DNA of 59,465 bases, filler included, from Catajapyx aquilonaris (lineage: Eukaryota), in assembly GCA_000934665.2 (NCBI GenBank). It is 3 parts of 3 records of this genome, joined end to end, with 100 filler letters (N's around TTAATTAATTAA, not from the genome) between each part and the next. Parts side by side here need not be neighbours in the genome. Positions count along the whole stretch, not along the records: positions 39,666 to 59,465 come from JYFJ02006401.1; 2 more parts are not named here. One strand, given 5' to 3'. Both the position numbers and the translations under genes were made by a program. This document shows, piece by piece, positions 50,297 through 59,465 of the stretch. The notes below the pieces were generated by a model. That model ran no database searches and was not told the origin of the DNA. It saw only the letters and a list, made by a program, of their open reading frames with translations. Each line of letters opens with the position of its first letter. Position 1 is the first letter of the stretch.

Positions 50297-51040
50297 GGGG
50301 TGCTGGTTTTTATTTCCACTAAGCACATTTTCTTCAGCAATAATACATTGACCCTCTCTCCGAGTTTCTTCTCTGACCTTTTGAATTAGGAGACACCAAG
50401 GTCATATTATGAGTCAGTGGAATGACCCCTCATGCATTAATATTAATTGCCAGTGCCAGCGATTTTATCAGCAGTATTGTCAAACTGTCTCTCAACCGGT
50501 ACCGTAACGGTATTCTTTTTATCTTTAATATCTGACCTACACGTCAGGGTCCGAGAAGTTAGGTACAATGACCAGAGTTGACATTATTTTCTAATCGGTT
50601 TGATCCTATGAATAATTTATTTTTTAAAGCTAAGAAACATTTCAAGAAACATTCTCAAACTGTACGAACATTTTTACATGTATGGTCATGCCTGATTTGC
50701 GATGGAATTATTGTGATCTTCCTGTAAGTCCATTATGCTTGATTATGCTCTACGTTGATATAGTCAGGATATAGTCTACAGGTCACAATCATGTTAAGAA
50801 GGTACCGGTATAAGTCAGGATTGGGTATGATGATTTAAAAAATGATGCAAAATATGCTAGGCTAACGGCCAAGGCAAATGACCCTGTTGTCAATAAGTAT
50901 TCCCTATAGATACTACAGAGTTCCCATACTTCAAGCAGCTCGACAAGCAATTGAATTATTAAACCAAAGAGTCAGTGCACGAAGCAGTTAAGGTCAATGA
51001 TGAACATAAAAGGTGATGCCCTCCCTCTATTGGTAGTGTA

Positions 51041-51139
51041 CTATATCGCTCAAAAACATAGACGATTTTGCATTTGACTCAAGTGCAGCCTGAACTTGAA
51101 TCCTAAGCAAAATCGTCTCTATGTTTTTAAGCGATATAG
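51041..51139. repeat. Hairpin or small MITE remnant
   Basis: ctatatcgctcaaaaacatagacgattttgc / gcaaaatcgtctctatgtttttaagcgatatag. Confidence 0.75.
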
Positions 51140-51644
51140 GACATCGTCACCATAACAGCCAGTTTCCTTCAATGCAACTAACACACGCTGGAGGCACATC
51201 TGGAAATTTCACCCATTGTTGAAAAAACCCCGTCTAGACCGAATTTTGACACCCCCGTCTTTTAGGAAAGCATTTTCAACAGAAAGTTACTAAACGTACT
51301 AATTTTCCAGGAAAGCAATGCGTCACTAAAATGAATCGCGATAGATAAGCTCTGTATCACGGTTTCGTAATGTCTGCTCTCTGTACAAATATGGCAGGCC
51401 GAAAATGGAGGAAGATTGGCATGTTCATTGCACTTCACGCAGTATAAAGACCGCTACGATATCTACAGAGATCGTATCAATAATGCGTCACTCCAACGGA
51501 AACTATCGAACTACAAACCTAATAGTCGTGTCATATCGTCTAGGCTTCGACAGGTAGTTTCCAATAGACCGTCCAAACTTTGTCTACTTTTCAGAGGCCA
51601 TTACTCTATGAATTAGCTATTAGGCCATCAAAAGATCACGCGGA

Positions 51645-51680
51645 TATAAAGGGCTATTCTCTCTTGCATCGTGGCTCAGT
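51645..51680 (+). promoter_or_regulatory. TATA box plus arthropod-type initiator of the IR gene
   Basis: TATAAA 51645-51650 and TCAGT 51676-51680 at canonical spacing, 15 nt before the ATG, which is in a caacATGG context. Confidence 0.65.
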
Positions 51681-51695
51681 AGTCGCATCGCCAAC

Positions 51696-53633
51696 ATGGC
51701 TTGCAAGTGGGTTGTAATTCTGCTAACATACGTTTCTGCAGTCTCAGGGCTAAGTTTTAGTAACGAAATTCAAGAAGAGGAACATCTTGTGGCTGGACTG
51801 ATTGAAGAGGTGCATAGTCAACTAGGCGACTGCATACTTGTAGTTGCCCACGACTACACTGCACTTCCACCTCCAGTGGAATACATGATGAAACGAGTGG
51901 GAAAAACTGGGTCCGTGTTACCAATTCGGTGGACACCAGACACTCCACCTCCTCCGAGGAACAGAGGACCACCTCAGGACAGGGACTTTGAGAACTGGTT
52001 CTCTTGGTTGAACAGACCCACGGCCAAGAGAGTGTCTAACTGTGCAATGGTGGCCATTCTCTTCCGGTCCGAGGACCACTTGCAGCCTCTTCTGCACCAC
52101 ATGGCCAGCAAATTTCTGTTGAATACAGGATCAGACAAGTTCTTCTTCTGGAGCAGAGAGCCTGAAGTTGTGCGGAAAATCATGCTAGGTCCTGACACCA
52201 GCACTTTCTTGTTTCAACTTGGAGCAGAGAAGGACCAGGACTACATCAACATCCTGAGCAACTGCCATTACTGCAAGAAAGGCGAACCAGAGGTTGTGTC
52301 AGTTGGACAATTTCATGGAAAACACAAGCTGATGCTGTATGATGCTGAGATATACCCGGATTACACCAAGAATATGAACGGCAAACATCTGAACGGATCA
52401 TTTGTGTTTGACACGTCTCCTGGAGAAATTAAGTACTTGGTTGAGAGCTTCCTTCCCATGTTTCCGTTCCTGTTCTTTTTCGTGGATCTGGGAGAAGCCA
52501 TCAACTACAACTGGCATATGGAAGCTCCTCTTGAGGAAGAAGGTGTTGACCCTGAGACACAGCTGCCTGATGGAAACTGGACTGGAATGATGGGTTTGCT
52601 GGTGAACCAAAAATCAGAACTAGCTGGAGGAAGACCCTCAGCCGAAGCCTTACGAGTTGCAGATTTTCCTCAACCCCACATCATCACTTACATGTCTTTT
52701 GTCAGACGTGCATCTAAACCACTTTATTCGTGGAGACCTGTGATACAACCCTACACTCCTCAGATGTGGGGACTTATATTCCTGGCTATCCTAACCTGCA
52801 GTTTGTTCTTCTACCTTCTGCTCAGAGTGACTTACTTGATACGAAGCCCTGATGTCCCACCCCGTTCTCTAGTGTCATATTCGTGTCGCGTTGTGTTTTC
52901 CGCCCTCGTGGAGCAACATCCTGACAATTATCCGTCTGCTGGAGGACCTCGTGTCTTCGTCTGCTTTTGGTGGCTTTTCACCATGATCCTCATCTGTGGA
53001 TATGACGCCAGACTGATCGGGTTTCTGGCTCTGCCTGATATGGAGGTTCTTCCTAACGACTTCAAAGAAATGCTGGTACATCCTAACTGGCAGTGGGGAA
53101 TAGTTGGATTCATGAAGCCTTATTACCGTATGCTTGTGGAGGAATCGGAGTATAGTTCACACCATGAAATTACTCCCAAATTGCAGGACGGTGGGGATAT
53201 GCTGCAGTGCATGACACGGACTCTCAAAGAAGATTTCTCTTGCTTCGGAATCACAGAGTTGTTGGTGGCCATGTCGTACCAGTACATGGATCTGGAAGGA
53301 CGGTTTCCTTCTGAGATATCGCGTGAATCTTCACTCTTCTTGTTTGGAGGACTCGCTTTGCCCAAGCATTCTCTAATAACACCTATCGCGAACAGAATGG
53401 TTCTGTACAGTGGAAATTCCGGTCTGTATGTGAAGTACGACAATTACTTCAAGTACACGTGCATTTTGTTGGGAATGAAGGATGCCCGTAATGAGAACAG
53501 GTCATATAAATTTTCTATGGCTCTTCACTTAAGTCAGCTGAAAGGACCTCTGAACTTCTTCATGATATCCGCGTCTTTCGCTTTCCTTTGCCTTCTGTGT
53601 GAGATTTTCCATTATCGGGCGGCTAATAAGTAA
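51696..53633 (+). CDS. Divergent ionotropic receptor (IR, variant iGluR), intronless, 645 aa
   Basis: Signal peptide; S1 DGNWTGMMGLL..ELA; QPYTPQMW followed by TM1; RVFVCFWWLF..GYDARLIGFLALP TM; C-terminal LHLSQLKGP..LLCEIF TM. Confidence 0.92.
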   Translation: MACKWVVILLTYVSAVSGLSFSNEIQEEEHLVAGLIEEVHSQLGDCILVVAHDYTALPPPVEYMMKRVGKTGSVLPIRWTPDTPPPPRNRGPPQDRDFENWFSWLNRPTAKRVSNCAMVAILFRSEDHLQPLLHHMASKFLLNTGSDKFFFWSREPEVVRKIMLGPDTSTFLFQLGAEKDQDYINILSNCHYCKKGEPEVVSVGQFHGKHKLMLYDAEIYPDYTKNMNGKHLNGSFVFDTSPGEIKYLVESFLPMFPFLFFFVDLGEAINYNWHMEAPLEEEGVDPETQLPDGNWTGMMGLLVNQKSELAGGRPSAEALRVADFPQPHIITYMSFVRRASKPLYSWRPVIQPYTPQMWGLIFLAILTCSLFFYLLLRVTYLIRSPDVPPRSLVSYSCRVVFSALVEQHPDNYPSAGGPRVFVCFWWLFTMILICGYDARLIGFLALPDMEVLPNDFKEMLVHPNWQWGIVGFMKPYYRMLVEESEYSSHHEITPKLQDGGDMLQCMTRTLKEDFSCFGITELLVAMSYQYMDLEGRFPSEISRESSLFLFGGLALPKHSLITPIANRMVLYSGNSGLYVKYDNYFKYTCILLGMKDARNENRSYKFSMALHLSQLKGPLNFFMISASFAFLCLLCEIFHYRAANK

Positions 53634-54015
53634 TTTTGATTGATCTGCGGAAAATACCTGCATTATCACGTACACTGTTTTACTCGTAATGTACATGTAG
53701 GGATATGTGTTTTTCGACCTTTTCATTACCGCTTTACTTTTATCCCAAATTGAGCTTATTTTTGGATGGGAAGTGACAATTTTAAATAGTCGTATAGTAA
53801 ACATAATATTTTTAAATATGGTATATGAAAATTATTATCATAGAAGCACACTGTGTCTGTAGTTTTACTGATTAAATGTAGTGAAATAGATATTACCAGG
53901 AATTGCCGAATGAATATTTTACGCGAGAGAGGGCGACATTCGCGGGTACCATCTGCCATCTGGGTGAGTTACAATGAACCTGGCCTGTATGCAGTGTACA
54001 GAAACTTGTGTCTGA

Positions 54016-54021
54016 AATAAA
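54016..54021 (+). terminator. Candidate polyadenylation signal of the IR gene
   Basis: AATAAA ~380 nt after the stop, followed by T/GT-rich sequence. Confidence 0.5.
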
Positions 54022-55099
54022 AATGGTTACACATTTAACTGTCTTTTCTAATTTAATGCGTGTTTATTTTGTAACCTAGGGCATTGTGGTGTGCAGTATT
54101 GGCGTGCATGGTATGCTTTTACATATTCAGCTTCTTGATATATTAGTTTAAAGCATTACTTTTTGACAATATCATATAGAACCTGGGCGTGGATTATTTT
54201 TATGTGGATTTTACTTTCGGATTTTTTTGTTGGAAATATTGTCCACATTGTGGACAAATTATAGTGCCTGTCACTTTGGTCAATTTATATCATATCTGAC
54301 CATGATTCTAGGCAACTGTTTTATTTAAAAATTATTTTCCAATCCTAATAAAATGTCAATGATGATAATTAATACTGTCTCCTGTTTTAATTCCCCGCCG
54401 GTCTAATAGGCGCGATTGATTGAAATAGTGTGCTTATTTGCAAGTCGATATACAGTATAATTTATTAAAACTATTAGAGCCATGACGTCACATGACAGCA
54501 CTCTTGTGCTTATGATAAGTTTCATCGGGAATCAACGTTTTGGTGCCCGTTTAGTGCCGGATTGCATTACTGTAATGCAGGATTACTGTGGGTATAATGA
54601 TGTGATCCGCAATCTAATTTACGCGCAAGGTTACACATTATATTCGGTTACAAAAAGCCCCTTAATTTTATTATTAAAATAATGTTTATTTATACAACTG
54701 ATACAATACAGCTCTAAATTACGATAGTAAATACAATTTTATTTACATTTCATTTGAAAAGCATATGAATAGCATAATTAGGATAAATAATTACTAGATT
54801 ATAACCCTATTTAAAATAGGAAATGCAATATATACATGGAACCATATGCAAATCTGAATTTTCCCTTGATTTCATCTAGGTTGCCTCTGAAAATAAATAC
54901 AACACATTTTTCTCTGTTTTCTACCCATTTTATGACTCAGTCTCAAGAATTTAATGGATCACCCCCGTGATGAATTTCTATGGGATGCTTTGACGTGAAC
55001 TTACAGTATTGTTGTCAGATACATTCATGCAAAATACTTTCCACCAAAATACCAGCCATACACAATAATCAAATCAACTTATTTTACATGCCACATTTT

Positions 55100-58000
55100 T
55101 CAAAACAGAGTGAAATTGGAGTTAATTTCTCCCTCAGCTTCTTCAAAGTCATCTTGCGCGATCGGATTCACTGTGAAATTCCTGTCCATTCCAGGAGGCA
55201 GATCAGACTGAGCCATCAGGGGATTCATAGTAATCTGCCGGTTGTTCCCAAAACCAGGTGGTTCAGGCATAAAGTTGCCGTTGTCTTCGCGAAAACTTAA
55301 ATCTTGGCTGTCAGAATCGCCATCTGTTTGCGCCAAAGGATTTTTGTTGAATTTGTTTCCCATCCCAGGAGGCATGTCTGACTGGGAGTTGATCACAAGA
55401 GGGTTGTAAGACAACCTTCGATTGACAAATCCCGTAGGTTCGTCCTCATTACGCGTAGGTTCCTTCTTGTTCTTGTAGTTCTTGAACTCTGGGTTGTCTT
55501 CCACTCCAATCAGGACAGAATCTCCGCTGCTGATACTGAAAAGATAATGGGTTTAGTCCAACTTCCGACGTTACTTCATCTGTGACGTCAATTGTTCCTC
55601 TCCAGAAAATTCATCAGTAACAAAACGATCGTAATGACGTAAATTTGAATTTCTTAAAAATTGTGAGTTATTACCTGGCTGTGTCGAATCCTCCGCTCTT
55701 TTCATTTTGGTTGTAAACAGGGTTAGCTTCAATCGCATGTCTGTTGGTGTTTGGCAGGTTGACACCAAGTCTGTTCAGACCCGAATCCTGGGAGCCAAAA
55801 GTTGTTGTGGCCAGAGCTCGTACTCTTCTCTTCAACCTGGAATTGCAAGAATTAATCATATTCTTTGTGCACAACTTCAAGAGCAGTAACGAACATTCAT
55901 AATTTCCTGGGATTACGACAACTCTAATTACTCACTGGCTGGTTCTGAGGCAGTAGATCAGTATTAGAACAACGTCAAAGAGAGCGAAGATTCCACATGC
56001 AATGGCCAGACCCAGCTTCAAATCTAGTATGCTGTTAGACGTAGGAGGTTTGTGCTCGGGCTCGATATTGTCGTAAATCAAACCTTGACGGCTGAATAAT
56101 TCCGTCAGTTCAGACGCGGTTGTGCCTCCGTAGAATTTCCTGTCAACATCAAACAGTGTGAAAAAACACACATATTTGCAGATTAATGAAACTTACTGTA
56201 TAATAACCGAGGCGTCTATTGGTTTACTGGTGGACTTGTCGATGAAATGTATCTCGACTGAAGTCTTGGTGAAGTTTCCCCTGGATTCAATCTTGATGAT
56301 GTTGTCTACATCGCATGTTTCATCGAAAACTTTTTCCAAGATGTGAATGATCTGTATGGTATTAGAGTGATGTTAATGTTTGCTCCAATTGATTGGATTT
56401 CAGGTACTGATCTGCCTGTCTTAAATCAGCAAATTGTACAGGAACTATCAAAATATTGGATTTGACATCTCATTCAGTACATGCATACATTAAAGGCACG
56501 AAAAGCATACTTTCAATTAATAAGCTGCTCATTAGGAAACAGGCACATAAGAAACATGTGAACTTACATCCAATCGCTTGTTTTCGACCATTTGCAGCGA
56601 GTTTCTGAACGTTAGTAGTATTCGAGAGTCCACGTCGATGATGTATATTAGCACTTGCGCTGGCTTCTCGGACGTGTGGTTAGCTGGAATTATGCAGCAT
56701 TACGAGGTGAATTACATCCTAGCCATGATGTCTTTTACCTTTGTCAACTGCGGCAACGGAAAAGTTGAAGTGACCCTTCATGTCATTTTGGACGTAAAAA
56801 TGGAGGGTCACATAGCCGAACCCATTTGCTGACGACAAATTGAATGGCCTTTTTTCAGCAGCTTGGTCGTATCCTTTTCCTTGCCACTGAATTATGTCGT
56901 CAACTATGTAATATGTAGCTGAGTCGTTCAGATCAGGGTCGTAAGCCTGAGGTACAATAAATTTATTAGTGAATGTTAATACTCGATTGCGTCTTTGCAA
57001 ATAAATCAACTATGGTAAAATTCACCTTTATCTCCACGATTGGATGATCACTGTTCTGAGAATCGCCTGGAGCAACTCCTCCAGAAAACGTTTGGTTGAA
57101 GTAAGGAGGTTCGTCGTTTACGTCCTTAATCTAAAGGAACGAAGAATAATGAATTAATATCATTTTTTGCATGAATTTAAACTGTGTGAGTAATTTACAT
57201 ACTTTAATATGGACTAGGAGAAAACTGGAATTTGTAGAGTCGTATTTGGTGTGGTCTTTGCAGACACCCAGTTCATCACCAGAAGGGCAATTATTGCTGG
57301 CAAGTACTGCTAATTCATACGAGTCTTTTTTCTCTCGATCAAATTCTTGACTGTTGGTCAAATTTGTATTATGCAACGTGAAGTTCACACTGTCATTACC
57401 TGTAATGAAAAATAAAAACTGTAAAGAAGTCGCAAACAATTTTGGATTACTAAACTGTTACCTGTCATACAGTAACATACAATCTCGCCAGGGTTGGGAT
57501 CTTGTGCTTCCGGGATGTAGACGCTTTGAATTTCATTTTCTGAACAAAAAGAAAGCATTTAATAAAGCATTGTGTGTATGAGTATGTACAGTATATTATG
57601 ACATTTCTGACCTGTGATTTGCCTTGTAACTGAGCTGTCTACAAAATATGGGTCACTGGTTGAAGTGTTCAGAAGTAACAAGGTAAGTGCCGTGTAGTTA
57701 CTATATTGAATTTCAGTTCCATCATCCTTAACGATAATATTTAGCTGCAAAATTCAAAATACATAACTTAGAAGAAAATGTTATTACCAATTGAATTTTA
57801 TAGATTGACATTGATGAGTAATCTGACGATTCCACAAACACTTACTGCAAATTTGTTGGGGCCTATTTCTTCCAGCGACTTCGTTACAGTAATGGTTCCG
57901 GTGTTGTCGATCTGAAAGTAATTCCACGGGTCGAATCCCTCTTCTGAAATGACAATTGAAACATGAGTCGGTGCACTTTTAATCATCTATTGACAAGGCT

Positions 58001-58939
58001 TTTCAAGTGTTTGGCAAGGGAAAGCAATCTTTCATCCACCATTGACGATAGAAATACTGACCTGTATTGTTTCTGTAATAGTTGACTGTTCCGCCATCCT
58101 CGCAGTCTGCATCTGTTGCATGTATGGGAGGAACTATGTGTCCTTTCTGATCTGTCAGTGGTGTATTAACCGCATGTTCCTGTGATCAAGAAGGCAATGT
58201 CATTAATTTTCGATTGAATGTTTATTGTCACATATTAATTTTATAAGAGCACCAAATTACCCTTAGAATTGCAACTTCTTGATCAGGCGTCGATGGGAAC
58301 ACAATCTGTGGATAATTGTTGTTGATGTCATTCACTTTCACATGCTTTATGCAAGTTGTACTTTGCGACGGGGTACCTTCGTCTTGCAGCTGGAATCCAC
58401 TCAAAAATTTAAGTAAAAGTACGTGCGCAGAATATACAGTATTACTGATTGATGTTTGCTAGTAATGCAACTCACTTCAAGATAGATGTCGTAATTTCCG
58501 AAGCAGTTGAACACCTTCCCGGTGAACCAGATTTGTCCCACGTTTCCAGAAGTTGTGACCGTGAACACATCCTTTGCTTCCTCTGGTGGAATGTACTTGC
58601 CTTTGCATTTGGGATCCTCGTTCACAAGTGTCACTTTGCTTATGGAAAAGGTGACTGTACCGTTGTCTCCCAAGTCTGGGTCCGTGGCGTCAAGTGGGAT
58701 ACCGACTTGTGTGTGCTATTAAATCGAGTGCATGGACAATTATTTTTTAACTAATATGCGGAAGATGGAGGGAAACGTTCTTAACGATCTCCAAACAAAA
58801 ACACCCACCTCTGACGCGTCTTCTTGAACTCCTCCAAAAGTGTCGGTGCTGTTACAATCACTTAGAGAAGGAGGATTGTCATTTACATCCAGCAGGTATA
58901 TAAAGATTTTGGTCGTGTTTGTGTTGTGGGTACCTTAAA

Positions 58940-59022
<83 letters not shown>

Positions 59023-59158
59023 CCTAAATGGTGGTAATTGTCCGTGGCCGAAATTACTAGCGTCAGGTTAGGTTGTGTCTCCCGATCCAATGTCCCTCCA
59101 TTTTTGTAGAAGACGGTAATGTCTCCGGTGTCAGGATCAATGGCAAAAGCATTGGTCT
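55100..59158 (-). CDS. BtR/Cad88C-type cadherin, 3' half (EC repeats, membrane-proximal region, TM, cytoplasmic tail)
   Basis: Exons 59158-59024, 58933-58809, 58715-58476, 58389-58261, 58179-58062, 57943-57846, 57744-57612, 57539-57462, 57399-57203, 57130-57026, 56946-56739, 56683-56568, 56351-56197, 56139-55936 (TM), 55836-55675, 55535-55100; phases consistent; tail FGSQDSGLNRLG..PNTNRHAIEANPVYN..LIGVED resembles insect midgut BtR cadherins. Confidence 0.88.
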
Positions 59159-59465
59159 TAGTCAGATATTAACGGGGTTATTCCAGACCATGTAGGTCCT
59201 TAAACCCCGGGCCCCACATAGGGCCTATATCATCACTCTAAGTCCCTTTCATCGTGGTCCGCACAGGGGCGGACCACCCGTTCGCTTCCGAATCGAACCC
59301 AAGCCGTCATAGGGTCGAGACTCGACCATCGGGACGACACCCAGAGGAGCCGCCCGTCCCACGATCGATCCCGAACCCGTAAGGTCCGGAACTCGCCCCA
59401 ATCCCGTCCGACAGGCCTCTCGACTTCCGCCTGGTCACCCAGGCCTCCGTCGAGCCCCAAAGGGA
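59159..59465 (-). mobile_element. 3' end of a non-LTR retrotransposon abutting the cadherin exon
   Basis: GC-rich ORF end (stop at 59233), short 3' UTR with stem-loop potential, then the 14-mer at 59145-59158 identical to 40154-40167. Confidence 0.7.

Noticed and set aside
51757..53443. Antisense ORFs inside the IR gene
   Set aside because: Shadow frames of a real coding sequence

Overview
Eukaryotic, very probably arthropod, genomic DNA with two assembly gaps. The left ~39.5 kb has no host gene I can recognise. It is dense in palindromic DNA-transposon derivatives (hAT-, Tc1/mariner/pogo-, Kolobok- and Harbinger-type MITEs, several nested), tRNA-derived SINEs and (AAT)n microsatellites, and holds a ~3.6-kb foldback element with a decayed NOF-like ORF. 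The right ~20 kb holds three intron-rich minus-strand pieces of a BtR/Cad88C-type midgut cadherin around an intronless divergent ionotropic receptor gene (+). The main observation is that the cadherin 5' half (45220-40154) and 3' half (59158-55100) are two halves of one gene type, cut in the same exon by a LINE with a 14-bp target-site duplication. They lie in permuted order, which suggests a ~20-kb tandem (or collapsed/circular) unit. A short paralog (49574-46997) could encode a secreted, TM-less cadherin. All family assignments are by eye and motif recall, with no database searches.
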